A DNA stretch of 50,015 nucleotides. It comes from Clostridia bacterium (GTDB lineage Bacteria; Bacillota; Clostridia; TANB77; CAG-508). This document shows, one piece after another, positions 28,301 to 37,153 of this stretch; position 1 is the stretch's first letter; each line of letters begins with the position of its first letter. The notes under the pieces are model-generated. The model was not told where the DNA came from. It ran no database searches and saw only the letters and a program-made list of their open reading frames with translations. The stretch lies in contig JAAWJE010000017.1 in NCBI GenBank assembly GCA_022796725.1, positions 1-50,015 of the forward strand, written 5' to 3'. A program made the position numbers and the translations under genes.

Positions 28301-31063
28301 GTTAAGGTTCAATATATAAAATTAGTAGGAACTAGAACTTCAACAGCAGGTGGAGGAAGCTTTATTGGAGCTAGGATGTTTAACTTCTTTGAAGATGTAA
28401 CAGATTCTGACAAAGAAGCACCTACTGCTGATATTCAATATGATATTACTGAATTAACAAATAAAAATGTTGTAGCAAAACTTGTAAACCCAAGTAAAGA
28501 AATAACAATAACAAATAATGGTGGAAAAGATACATATACATTCACAGAAAATGGAGAATTTACATTTGAATTTGAAGATAACTCAGGAAATAAAGGAACA
28601 GCAAAAGCAAAGGTAGACTGGATAAGAAAAACAGCTCCTACAGCAACAATATCTTATAATATAAGTAAATGGACAAATAAAGATGTAGTAGCAACTTTAA
28701 ACTGCAGTGAAGAAATAACAGTAACAAATAATGATGGAAAGAAAACATATACATTCACAGAAAATGGAGAATTTGAATTTATTTATACAGATAAATTAGG
28801 GAATGAAGGAAAAGTTTTAGCAAAAGTAGTATGGATAGATAAAAAAGCACCAGTAGGAACAATAACTTATAACATTAATGATATGACAAATAAAGATGTA
28901 ATAGCAACTTTAAGCTGCAATGAAGAAATAACAGTAACAAATAATGATGGAAAGAAAACATATACATTCACAGAAAATGGAGAGTTTGAATTTATTTATG
29001 TAGATAAGGCAGGAAATGAAGGAAGAACGAAAGCAAAAGTAGACTGGATTCAAAAGAATGCTCCAAAGGCAAAAGTAGAATATGATATAACAGAATTAAC
29101 AAATAAAAATGTAACAGCAACTATATCAAGTGACGAAGAAATAATAATAACAAATAATAATGGAAGTAAAACATATGTATTTACAGAAAACGGAGAATTT
29201 ACTTTTGAATATGAAGATAGAGTAGGAAATAAAGGAAGAATAACAGCAAAAGTAGATTGGATACAAAAAGAAGCACCAAAAGCAATGGTAACATATGACA
29301 TAGAAAGTGCAACAAAAGAAAATGTAACAGCAACTTTAGAATGCACAGAAGATATCACAGTAATAAATAATGATGGAAGCAATATATATACATTTGTAGA
29401 TAATGGAGAATTCGAATTTATTTATACAGATAGAGCAGGAAATGAAGGAAGAACTTTAGCAAAAGTAGATTGGATAGATAGAATAGCACCAGTAGCAAAA
29501 GTTATATATGATAATACTAAACCAACAGCAAATAATGTAATAGCAACTTTAGAATGTGACGAAGAAATAATAGTAATAAACAATGAAGGAAGTAAAACTT
29601 ATACATTCACAGAAAATGGAGAATTTGAATTTATCTATGAAGATAAAGCAGGAAATGAAGGAAGAACTTTAGCTATAGTAAATTGGATAAATAAAGAATT
29701 ACCAGAAGTAAAAATAAAATATGACATAGAAGAATTAACAAGAGAAAATGTAACAGCAACTTTAGAATGTGAAGAAGAAATTACAATATTAAACAATGGT
29801 GGAAGTAACACATATGTATTTACAGAAAACGGAAGCTTTGAATTCCAATATATAAGTAAAGAAGGATTAACAGGATATATAACAGCAACAGTAGATTGGA
29901 TACAAAGAGAAGCACCAGAAGCAAGAGTAGAATATGATATAATAGAATTAACAAATAAAAATGTAACAGCAACTTTAGTATGCGATGAAGAAATAGAAAT
30001 AGTAAACAATGATGGTAATAATAAATATGTATTTACAGAAAACGGAGAATTCGAATTTATTTATACAGATAGAGCAGGAAATGAAGGAAGAGTATTAGCT
30101 AAGGTAGATTGGATAAATAAAAAAGTAGCTATGGCAAAAGTAGAATATGATATAAAAGAGTTAACAAATAAAAATGTAATAGCAACTTTAGTATCAGATG
30201 AAGAAATAGAAGTGACAAATAATGATGGAAAAAATACATATGTATTTACAAAAAACGGAGAGTTTGAATTTGAATATATAGACAAATTAGGAAACAAAGG
30301 GACAGTACTAGCAAAAGTAAGTTGGATACAAAAAGAAGCACCAAAGGCAACAGTAAAATATGATATAAAAACAGCAACAAATAAAGAGGTAACAGCAACA
30401 TTAGAATGTGAACAAGAAATAATAATAACAAATAATGTGGGAAGAAACACATATGTATTTACAGACAATGGAGAATTTGAATTTATATATTTAGATAAAT
30501 TAGGAAATAGAGGAACAGCACTAGCAAAAGTAGACTGGATAGATAAGAAAGCACCAAAAGCGACAGTAAAATATGATATAAAAACAGAAACAAATAAAAA
30601 AGTAACAGCAACATTAGAATCAGAAGAAGAAATAATAATAACAAATAATGATGGAAAAAATACATATATCTTTACAGAAAATGGAGAGTTTGAATTTATA
30701 TTTACAGACAAAGCAGGAAATGAAGGAAGAGCAATAGCCAAAGTAGATTGGATAGTAAAGAAAACAGATACAGATAAAGATGATGACAAGAATGATAATA
30801 AAGGTGATAAAGACGATACAGATAAAGATAATGATAAAAATGATAAAGATAGTAACCAAAACAATAACAAAGACTCAAATTCAAACAGTGATAAAAATTA
30901 TGAAGAAGACAGAGAAGATACAAGTAATAAAATAAAAGTACCATTTACAGGTACATATATTAATGTAACAGCTGTTAGAATAGGACTTGGAATACTTCTA
31001 GTAGTATTAATAGGAATAGCAGTTTATATTTCAAAAAAATTAAAGAAGCATAATAATAAATAG
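25316..31063 (+). CDS. Giant multidomain surface protein (NPCBM-like, Cys/His/Asp module, F5/8 type C, 11 Ig-like repeats, sorting-like tail)
   Basis: 1915 aa with an N-terminal signal anchor. NPCBM-like segment (LYLSDISYKSAKSGHGSILMDK...GIWAHA). Discoidin-like segment (GNAAFCIDGNYNTRWHSAW). 11 tandem 71-72-aa repeats. D/K/N-rich linker. C-terminal VPFTG plus TM plus KKLKKHNNK tail. Confidence 0.85.
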   Translation: MYNMSIKRKEKKLLITGILIIILSSLILYIVLNQSKINDVKEIFKKETVKHLDDTGKELDHLYLSDISYKSAKSGHGSILMDKTASNTQITLMIHGASTAFEKGIWAHATSEIIYDLTNYNEKYTYFTTYYGVCTTSGNRGNGVKFFIQTSNDLKTWTNVTDESPKAMMSSYDANFAKIDIRGVKYLKLYANDNGSNGNDHSVWADAKLIKEGYKEPGEELVPTVEELDNKIKTKFSTADLTNKEYELTLLQRELINNVGQYALRKFVSESDLNKQTYTWLTGNLENLRLYIMGGKPDGGSYYNSLNVLSQLYDKYKSDFEIKTKTKYGTVLGDLYKRMAITLSLTHSSRVALWMQPSAPENQSNAVTRYQIYKDLHKNDKFVVSSRQDHTKWFEELKVEEMRYVLNNIIDDEEILWLNEYTQKYIDAHPNKEEEYLQPHHYMKYIWPNYGKAEYHDEANKEMWSKKYGNFLDYGVTFRPGLYKLWMNLDNGAVCGGISKIGSNIRAVHGTPSAVIGQPGHAAIIYYRKDAQGRGYWSIDNDVSGWAQSERGERKPLGWGNDSYVKGYNATYIMLAQEALNHFDEYEKSEKLIILASIYNDNPTKKEQYLREALKVQSYNIDAWWELIKLYQADKTKTEAEYFSLAEEMAEKLKAFPLPMYNLTNLLKTNLKSPEYAFAFTLLQNRILTEGSVATSETVDVYQPSITRTVAKYLLGQLDKNLATFSFDGENAGKIILSSRFDGSGVRWDYSLDGKNKWKEVSFSADEEHKWQLTKNEIDSITADTDIYIHIVGMNYEEKNIYKIDITKQATPTLYNNDLENRVMGTTDIMEWRFKDTDTWTSYAKEEPDLTGDKTVQVRKAPSGTGLASDIITLSFTQDDNNNKRKYIKIAHLSIHNVSSEATSNQGNAAFCIDGNYNTRWHSAWNGSDNNRYITIKLDKPVMLSAMEYFPCAGGNGKILQAQILGSMDGENFTEIKNVTWANNDTTKTIEWEEPVKVQYIKLVGTRTSTAGGGSFIGARMFNFFEDVTDSDKEAPTADIQYDITELTNKNVVAKLVNPSKEITITNNGGKDTYTFTENGEFTFEFEDNSGNKGTAKAKVDWIRKTAPTATISYNISKWTNKDVVATLNCSEEITVTNNDGKKTYTFTENGEFEFIYTDKLGNEGKVLAKVVWIDKKAPVGTITYNINDMTNKDVIATLSCNEEITVTNNDGKKTYTFTENGEFEFIYVDKAGNEGRTKAKVDWIQKNAPKAKVEYDITELTNKNVTATISSDEEIIITNNNGSKTYVFTENGEFTFEYEDRVGNKGRITAKVDWIQKEAPKAMVTYDIESATKENVTATLECTEDITVINNDGSNIYTFVDNGEFEFIYTDRAGNEGRTLAKVDWIDRIAPVAKVIYDNTKPTANNVIATLECDEEIIVINNEGSKTYTFTENGEFEFIYEDKAGNEGRTLAIVNWINKELPEVKIKYDIEELTRENVTATLECEEEITILNNGGSNTYVFTENGSFEFQYISKEGLTGYITATVDWIQREAPEARVEYDIIELTNKNVTATLVCDEEIEIVNNDGNNKYVFTENGEFEFIYTDRAGNEGRVLAKVDWINKKVAMAKVEYDIKELTNKNVIATLVSDEEIEVTNNDGKNTYVFTKNGEFEFEYIDKLGNKGTVLAKVSWIQKEAPKATVKYDIKTATNKEVTATLECEQEIIITNNVGRNTYVFTDNGEFEFIYLDKLGNRGTALAKVDWIDKKAPKATVKYDIKTETNKKVTATLESEEEIIITNNDGKNTYIFTENGEFEFIFTDKAGNEGRAIAKVDWIVKKTDTDKDDDKNDNKGDKDDTDKDNDKNDKDSNQNNNKDSNSNSDKNYEEDREDTSNKIKVPFTGTYINVTAVRIGLGILLVVLIGIAVYISKKLKKHNNK
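28415..30760 (+). repeat. 11 tandem coding repeats of 213-216 bp
   Basis: Each unit reads roughly (E/K)AP.A.V.YDI.ELTNKNVTATL.C.EEI.ITNNDG.NTY(V/T)FTENGEFEFIY.DKAGNEGR.LAKVDWI.K. The first unit is 72 aa and the other ten are 71 aa. Confidence 0.9.
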
Positions 31064-31076
31064 TAAAATATAAATA

Positions 31077-31114
31077 AAGAGCATTAACAATGAAAAAGTT
31101 AATGCTCTTTTCGT
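31077..31114 (+). terminator. Rho-independent terminator
   Basis: aaagagcattaac/gttaatgctcttt 13-bp stem followed by a T-rich tail. Confidence 0.75.
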
Positions 31115-31148
31115 TGTTAAAATTTAAATAAGAAAATGAGAAAAAGTA

Positions 31149-31177
31149 TTGACAAATGCAAAAAAAAGTAGTATATT
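31149..31177 (+). promoter_or_regulatory. Sigma-A promoter of the infC-rpmI-rplT operon
   Basis: TTGACA, 17 nt, then TATATT. Confidence 0.55.
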
Positions 31178-31184
31178 ATATTAA

Positions 31185-31345
31185 GTTTTAAGAAGAAGTC
31201 ATCCACTTCTCACCTTATCTCTAAGTTAAGGAGAAAGGTAGAAATTTAATATTAGACGTTTTATAGAAATAGATAAATATTTTATTTTAGTGTGTCTATT
31301 AAATTTATATGTGGATTGGCTTGTTTAAAAACAAGTCATTTTTTT
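31185..31345 (+). promoter_or_regulatory. L20-type ribosomal-protein leader with attenuator terminator
   Basis: ~200-nt leader before infC ending in the hairpin tggcttgt/acaagtca plus T7 (31317-31345). Firmicute infC operons are controlled by an L20-binding leader. The assignment rests on position and architecture, not on a covariance model. Confidence 0.5.
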
Positions 31346-31391
31346 ATACAAAAAATGAAAGAGAAAGCACATAGATGTGGAGGTGTTTTAT

Positions 31392-31898
31392 ATAAAACAA
31401 GAATTACCTATTAATGGGCAAATAAAACAAAGTATTGTACAAGTAATTAGTGAAGATGGTGAAAAATTAGGAAAAATGAATACAGGTGAAGCTATTGATT
31501 TAGCTTCAAACAAAGGTTTAGATTTAGTTTTAGTTTCTCCAAATAGTGAAGTACCAGTTTGCAAAATAATGAATTATGGTAAATATAAATTTGAACAAGC
31601 TAAAAGAGAAAAAGAATCTAGGAAAAATCAAAAAGCTGTTGAAATTAAAGAAGTAAGAGTTACTCCAAATATTGGAGACCATGATTTTGAATTTAAGTGT
31701 AAAAATGCAAGAGGTTTTTTAGAATCAGGAAATAAAGTAAAATTCACTGTAAGATTTAGAGGAAGAGAACTAAATAATGTTAAAGCAGGAGAAGTAATAC
31801 TAAACAAATTCGCTGAAGAACTTGAGGAAATATCAGTTATTGAAAAGAAACCTAAATTAGAAGGTAAAACAATGTTTTTAATACTAGCTAAGAAATAG
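31392..31898 (+). CDS. infC: Translation initiation factor IF-3
   Basis: INGQIKQSIVQVISEDGEKLG...VCKIMNYGKYKFE motifs. The likely start is the non-canonical ATA at 31392, 6 nt after GGAGGTG. Track ORF 31377 (GTG) overlaps the SD. Confidence 0.85.
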   Translation: MKQELPINGQIKQSIVQVISEDGEKLGKMNTGEAIDLASNKGLDLVLVSPNSEVPVCKIMNYGKYKFEQAKREKESRKNQKAVEIKEVRVTPNIGDHDFEFKCKNARGFLESGNKVKFTVRFRGRELNNVKAGEVILNKFAEELEEISVIEKKPKLEGKTMFLILAKK

Positions 31899-31912
31899 AA
31901 AGGAGAATTATT

Positions 31913-32113
31913 ATGCCAAAATTAAAAACAAATAGAGCCGCAAATAAAAGATATGGTTTTACAGGTAGCGGTAAAATAAAGAGAACAAAAGCTAATAGAA
32001 GACATTTATTAGTAAATAAAACAAAGAGACAAAAACATACAGCAAGAGTACAAGATGGAATATTAGATAATACATGTAAATCACATGTAAAAAAATTACT
32101 ACCTTATGGGTAG
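31913..32113 (+). CDS. rpmI: 50S ribosomal protein L35
   Basis: MPKLKTNRAANKRYGFTGSGKIKR signature; 66 aa. Confidence 0.95.
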   Translation: MPKLKTNRAANKRYGFTGSGKIKRTKANRRHLLVNKTKRQKHTARVQDGILDNTCKSHVKKLLPYG

Positions 32114-32142
32114 AGAATTAGAAAAAAGGAGTTGATTAATAG

Positions 32143-32493
32143 ATGGCAAGAGTAAAAACAGCAAGAACTACTAGAGCAAGACATAAAAAAGTAATTAAAC
32201 AAGCAAAAGGTTATTATGGTGCAAAACATTATAGATTTAGAATGGCTAAACAAGCTGTTATGAAATCAGGAATGTATGCTTATGTAGGAAGAAAAGATAA
32301 AAAGAGTAATTTTAGAAAATTATGGATAATAAGAATAAATGCAGCAGCTAGAATGAATGGATTAACATATAGTAAGTTAATATCAGGACTTAAGAAAGCT
32401 AATGTTACGATAAATAGAAAAATGTTAGCTGAAATAGCTGTTAGTGATGTTAAAGCTTTTTCACAAATAGCTGAAATAGCAAAGAAAGCATAG
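32143..32493 (+). CDS. rplT: 50S ribosomal protein L20
   Basis: [26 protein letters not shown] signature; 116 aa. Confidence 0.95.
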   Translation: MARVKTARTTRARHKKVIKQAKGYYGAKHYRFRMAKQAVMKSGMYAYVGRKDKKSNFRKLWIIRINAAARMNGLTYSKLISGLKKANVTINRKMLAEIAVSDVKAFSQIAEIAKKA

Positions 32494-32506
32494 AATTATA
32501 TTATTT

Positions 32507-32538
32507 AAAAGACGATATTTTGATGTATCGTTTTTTTA
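32507..32538 (+). terminator. Rho-independent terminator
   Basis: aaaagacgata/tatcgtttttt hairpin with T-run. Confidence 0.7.
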
Positions 32539-32651
32539 TTTTAAAATTATATATCATTTATATTACTTTTATGTTAGATAATAGACAAACATAATAATAT
32601 TTGGTAATATCTAAAATGATAAAAGAATGGCAAATTACATAGGAGGAAAAA

Positions 32652-33173
32652 ATGAACGAAACAATAAATACGATTTTGAAGCGAAGAAGCATAAGACAAT
32701 ATAAAAATGAGCAAATATCTGATGAAGAATTAAACACAATATTAGAATGTGGAAGTTATGCTCCAAGTGGTATGAATATGCAATCGTATGTATTTATTGC
32801 TATTCAAAATGAAGAGATTATGCATGAAATTATAGATGAGTGTATGAAATTAAGAAAGATAAGTTCAAGTCCATTTTATGGTGCACCTACTATAATATTA
32901 GTATTTGCAAATAGTGAAGTACCAACATATATTAAAGATGCTGTATCGGCCATGGAAAATATACAATTAGCAACTACGTCATTAGGATTAGGTGCTTGCT
33001 TTATTAATTGTGTACAAGATTTATTTGATACAGAAAATGGAACTCAAATAAAAGAAAAATTAGAAATATCTTCTAACTATAAATGTATAGGAGCACTTAG
33101 TTTAGGGTATATAGAAGGAGAGTATCCTGAAGCTAAACCAAGAAAAGAAAACATAATAAAAATTATAAAATAG
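32652..33173 (+). CDS. Nitroreductase-family protein
   Basis: 173 aa; ILKRRSIRQY N-terminal motif and size typical of the family. Confidence 0.8.
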   Translation: MNETINTILKRRSIRQYKNEQISDEELNTILECGSYAPSGMNMQSYVFIAIQNEEIMHEIIDECMKLRKISSSPFYGAPTIILVFANSEVPTYIKDAVSAMENIQLATTSLGLGACFINCVQDLFDTENGTQIKEKLEISSNYKCIGALSLGYIEGEYPEAKPRKENIIKIIK

Positions 33174-33193
33174 ATGTAGTTAGGGAAGAAAAA

Positions 33194-33973
33194 ATGATAG
33201 ATTTAGTAAAAGCAGAAAAAGTATTTAAGTCTTATGTAGATAAATATAATACAGAAGATCAAAAAATAGAACTAAAAATAAAACATACTTATGGAGTAGT
33301 ATCTATGAGTGGATTTATTGCTAAAAAGATAGGATTAGATGAAGAAAATATAGCTCTTGCAAAATTAATAGCATTACTTCATGATATTGGAAGGTTTGAA
33401 CAAGTAAAAAGGTTTGACCGTTTTATAGATACCGAAGATAAAGATAAAGACCATGCAGATTATGGAGTAGATGTATTGTTTGAAAATAATTTAATAAGAA
33501 CATTTATTAAAGAAAAAAAATATGACAATATAATTTTAAAAGCAATAAAAAATCATAATAAATATGAAATAGAAGAAGGACTTTCAGAAGAAGAATTATT
33601 ACATTGTAAAATTCTTAGGGATGCAGATAAAACAGATAATTTTAGAATAAGACAAGCAGAAGAATTTAAAGCGATATTAAATAATGCTACAGAAGAAATA
33701 ATGGAAAATGGAAAAATATCAGATGATGTATATGAAGACTTTTTAAGTCATAAACAAATAAAATGTGAAAATAGAAAAACAGAATTAGATTATTGGGTTT
33801 CATATATAGCTTGGATTTATGATTACAACTTTGATGTTGGAATAAAATACTTAAAAGATAATGAATATGTAGAGAAACTAATAGATAGAATAAAATATAA
33901 AGATAAAGAGACACAAGATAGAATGAAAGAAATTAAAAAATGTGCAAAAAAATATTTAAGCAAAATAAAATAA
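33194..33973 (+). CDS. HD-domain phosphohydrolase
   Basis: H...HD motif (ALLHDIGRFEQ), a downstream HADYG, and RDADKTDN. Confidence 0.75.
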   Translation: MIDLVKAEKVFKSYVDKYNTEDQKIELKIKHTYGVVSMSGFIAKKIGLDEENIALAKLIALLHDIGRFEQVKRFDRFIDTEDKDKDHADYGVDVLFENNLIRTFIKEKKYDNIILKAIKNHNKYEIEEGLSEEELLHCKILRDADKTDNFRIRQAEEFKAILNNATEEIMENGKISDDVYEDFLSHKQIKCENRKTELDYWVSYIAWIYDYNFDVGIKYLKDNEYVEKLIDRIKYKDKETQDRMKEIKKCAKKYLSKIK

Positions 33974-33990
33974 ATTATAGGAGAAAAAAT

Positions 33991-34524
33991 ATGAAAACTG
34001 AGTATGAAGTTAGAGTTTTGGACATTGATAAAGAGAAGTTAATAACAAAATTGGAAGAACTAAATGCGAAAAAAAAAGGAGAGTATAGCCAAAAGAGGTA
34101 TATTTATGATATAATACCAAAAGATGAACATAAATGGATAAGATTAAGAACAAATGGAAAAGAAACAACATTAACTTTTAAAGATGCAACCGTTAAAAAG
34201 ATTGATGGTACTAAAGAATCAGAAATAGTAGTTTCAGATTTAGAAACAACAAATGAAATATTAAACCAAATGGGATATTTTAGTAGATCATATCAAGAAA
34301 ATGATAGAATTAGATATATATTAGATGATGTTGAACTTGATATAGATTCATGGCCAATGATTCCTACATACTTAGAAATAGAAGGAAAAGATGAAAAATC
34401 AGTACTAGATATGATAGAAAAATTAGGACTTAATAAGGAGAAAGTAACAGCATTAGATGTTCAAAGTGTGTATAAAGATATATATGGAATTGATATTTCA
34501 AATATGAAAGAATTAAAATTTTAA
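33991..34524 (+). CDS. CYTH-domain (triphosphate tunnel metalloenzyme) protein
   Basis: Start moved to the ATG at 33991 after AGGAGA. The N-terminal EYEVRV (ExExK-like) motif and ~177-aa size are typical of CYTH/class IV cyclase-like proteins. Confidence 0.7.
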   Translation: MKTEYEVRVLDIDKEKLITKLEELNAKKKGEYSQKRYIYDIIPKDEHKWIRLRTNGKETTLTFKDATVKKIDGTKESEIVVSDLETTNEILNQMGYFSRSYQENDRIRYILDDVELDIDSWPMIPTYLEIEGKDEKSVLDMIEKLGLNKEKVTALDVQSVYKDIYGIDISNMKELKF

Positions 34525-34548
34525 AACATAAGAAAAATATAATAAATA

Positions 34549-34692
34549 TATTATCAAGAGTGGATGAGAGAATCGGCTTTATGACTCCACAGCAACCTGT
34601 ATAAGACAAGGTGCTAATACCGACAAAGCAAAGTGCTTTGAATGATGAGTAAGAGATTTAAACCTTTGCAAAATTTAAGCAAAGGTTTTTTA
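34549..34692 (+). promoter_or_regulatory. SAM-I (S-box) riboswitch with expression-platform terminator
   Basis: TTATCAAGAG...GGCTTTATGACTCC...AGCAACC...AAGGTGCTAATACC...GATGAG matches the conserved SAM-I core. Terminator aacctttgc/gcaaaggtt plus T6 at 34660-34692, immediately upstream of metK. Confidence 0.85.
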
Positions 34693-34725
34693 TATTTTTA
34701 GAAATAGTAATTTAGGAGGTAAGAT

Positions 34726-35871
34726 ATGAGAAAATTATTTACATCAGAAAGTGTAACAGAAGGACACCCAGATAAAGTATGTGATTATATATCAGATAGT
34801 ATATTAGATAGTTATTTGGAAAAAGATAAAAATTCAAGAGTAGCTTGTGAAACAGTAGCAAGTAAAGGTGAAATCATTGTAACAGGAGAGATTACTTCAA
34901 ATGCAGAAGTAGATATTGAGAAAATTGTAAGAAATACTTTAAAAGAGATAGGATATGATAATGAAAATACAGATATAGACTATAGAACATGCAATGTCCA
35001 TATAAATATTTCTAAACAATCAAGTGATATTGCAATGGGAGTAGATAATTCACTTGAAAGTAAAAATGGTATTTCAAAACAAACAGAAGGTGCAGGAGAC
35101 CAGGGAATTATGTTTGGTTTTGCATGTGATGAAACAGAGGAATTAATGCCACTTCCAATTTATTTAGCACATAAATTATCTAAAAGATTAACTACTGTTA
35201 GAAAGGAAGGAATTATTGACTATCTAAGACCAGATGGCAAAACTCAAGTAACAGTAGAGTATAAAGGAAATGTTCCTGAGAGAATAGATACAGTAGTAGT
35301 ATCTACTCAACATAAAGATAATATAGAGATGAATAAATTAAGAGAAGATATAAAAAGAGAAGTTATAGATAAAGTATTACCAAGTAATTTGATAGATGAT
35401 AATACAAAATATTTTATAAATCCAACTGGTAGATTTGTTATAGGAGGACCTCTAGGAGATAGTGGACTTACAGGAAGAAAAATAATAGTAGATACTTATG
35501 GAGGATATAGCCGTCATGGAGGAGGAGCTTTTTCAGGTAAAGATTCTACTAAAGTAGATAGGTCAGCATCATATATGGCAAGATTTATAGCAAAAAATAT
35601 CGTAGCAAATGGATTTGCAAAAAAATGTGAGATACAACTTTCTTATGCAATAGGAGTAGCAAAACCTATTTCAATATTTGTAGATACATTTGGAACTTAT
35701 ACAATACCAGAAGAAGAGATAGTAAAAAAGATATATAAAATATTTGATTTAACACCAAGAGGAATCATAGATTATTTAGAATTAGATAAACCAATTTATA
35801 AGTCTACTACTAATTATGGACATTTTGGAAAAAAAGAACTTGCATGGGAAAAAGTAATAAGTATTAAATAA
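34726..35871 (+). CDS. metK: S-adenosylmethionine synthetase
   Basis: [25 protein letters not shown] and GGGAFSGKD invariant motifs. Confidence 0.95.
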   Translation: MRKLFTSESVTEGHPDKVCDYISDSILDSYLEKDKNSRVACETVASKGEIIVTGEITSNAEVDIEKIVRNTLKEIGYDNENTDIDYRTCNVHINISKQSSDIAMGVDNSLESKNGISKQTEGAGDQGIMFGFACDETEELMPLPIYLAHKLSKRLTTVRKEGIIDYLRPDGKTQVTVEYKGNVPERIDTVVVSTQHKDNIEMNKLREDIKREVIDKVLPSNLIDDNTKYFINPTGRFVIGGPLGDSGLTGRKIIVDTYGGYSRHGGGAFSGKDSTKVDRSASYMARFIAKNIVANGFAKKCEIQLSYAIGVAKPISIFVDTFGTYTIPEEEIVKKIYKIFDLTPRGIIDYLELDKPIYKSTTNYGHFGKKELAWEKVISIK

Positions 35872-35876
35872 ATATA

Positions 35877-35905
35877 TTGACTAATAAAAACAAATGTTCT
35901 ATAAT
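35877..35905 (+). promoter_or_regulatory. dinB promoter with embedded LexA (SOS) box
   Basis: TTGACT, 17 nt, then TATAAT. The spacer contains AAACAAATGTTC (35888-35899). Its reverse complement GAACATTTGTTT fits the Firmicute/Clostridial LexA box GAAC-N4-GTT(C/T). Confidence 0.55.
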
Positions 35906-35921
35906 ATCTATAGGTGATATT

Positions 35922-37109
35922 ATGAAAACACAAATATTACATATAGATGTTAATAATGCTTTTTTATCTTGGAGTGCAGTCAAGAGATTAAAAACAGGAG
36001 AAAAAATAGATTTACGTACTATTCCTTCTATAATAGGAGGAGATGAAAAACAGAGAAAAGGAGTTGTTCTTGCTAAAAGTAATATAGCAAAACAATTTGG
36101 TATTAGGACAGGAGAACCAATATACCAGGCAAGGAAAAAATGCCCTAGTATAGTTGTAGTTCAAGGAGAACATAATATATATAGAAAGTATTCAGATAAT
36201 CTATATAAACTTTTCTGTGAGTATACTGATAAAATAGAGAGATTTTCTATTGATGAATGTTTTTTAGATATGACAGAATTTATAAAACCAAAAGAAGATA
36301 TAATGAAACTAGCAATAGAAATAAAAGAGAAAGTCAAAAGAAATTTTGGTTTTACTGTAAATATTGGTATTTCAGATGATAAGATTCTAGCAAAAATGGC
36401 ATCTGATTTTGAAAAACCAGATAAAATACATACTTTATTTAAAAATGAAATACAAGAGAAAATGTGGCATCTTCCAGTATCAGACCTTTTTATGGTAGGA
36501 AGTAAGTCTATTAATAAGCTTGAAAGATTAGGAATAAGAACAATAGGAGATTTAGCTAAAACAGATAAAAGAGTTCTTATGAAAACTTTTGGGAAATATG
36601 GATATATGATATGGAAATATGCAAATGGTGATAGCAATGAAAAAGTGAATTATGAGGTATCAAAACCGAAAGGCATTGGAAATAGTATAACTCTTCCTTA
36701 TGACTATAATACTTTAAATGAATTATATCCAGTACTTTTAACACTTACTGAACAAGTTGCATATAGACTTAGAAAAGAAAATATGCTTGCAACAGTTGTA
36801 AATGTACAGCTTAAAAATAGTGAATTTGAATTATATTCACATCAAAAAAAATTAAATTATAGAACTAATTCATCAAAAGAAATTGGAAGTACTGCTAAAA
36901 AAGTATTAAGAGAATTATATAAAGGCGATAAAATAAGACTTATTGGTATAAGAGTAGATGGACTTTTTGAGAGGGATGATATGCAAGTATCATTTTTTGA
37001 TAAAGTTCAAAATAATAATATAGATAAAACTATAGATGTTTTAAGAGAAAAATATGGATATAATGTAATAAAAAAAGCTGGTGAAATATATAATCAAAAT
37101 AAGTACTAG
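35922..37109 (+). CDS. dinB: DNA polymerase IV (Y-family)
   Basis: ILHIDVNNAFLSWSA..., FSIDECFLDM and the ISDDKILAKMASD motif. Start set to the ATG at 35922 after AGGTGA, because the upstream part of the track ORF is the promoter. Confidence 0.9.
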   Translation: MKTQILHIDVNNAFLSWSAVKRLKTGEKIDLRTIPSIIGGDEKQRKGVVLAKSNIAKQFGIRTGEPIYQARKKCPSIVVVQGEHNIYRKYSDNLYKLFCEYTDKIERFSIDECFLDMTEFIKPKEDIMKLAIEIKEKVKRNFGFTVNIGISDDKILAKMASDFEKPDKIHTLFKNEIQEKMWHLPVSDLFMVGSKSINKLERLGIRTIGDLAKTDKRVLMKTFGKYGYMIWKYANGDSNEKVNYEVSKPKGIGNSITLPYDYNTLNELYPVLLTLTEQVAYRLRKENMLATVVNVQLKNSEFELYSHQKKLNYRTNSSKEIGSTAKKVLRELYKGDKIRLIGIRVDGLFERDDMQVSFFDKVQNNNIDKTIDVLREKYGYNVIKKAGEIYNQNKY

Positions 37110-37153
37110 TTTCATATAATATATTATAATCTAAAAAATAAGTAGGTGATAAT

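Noticed and set aside
28415-30760. Possible CRISPR array or mobile repeat, given the strict periodicity.
   Set aside because: The units are 213 bp, in frame, and encode a conserved 71-aa domain inside one long ORF. There is no repeat-spacer structure.
29050-30944. A cluster of long minus-strand ORFs (up to 269 aa) across the 3' end of the giant gene.
   Set aside because: They are periodic artefacts of the 213-bp tandem repeat and the GAT/AAA-rich linker read in antisense. Their translations are repetitive Ser/Phe/Val strings with no start context.
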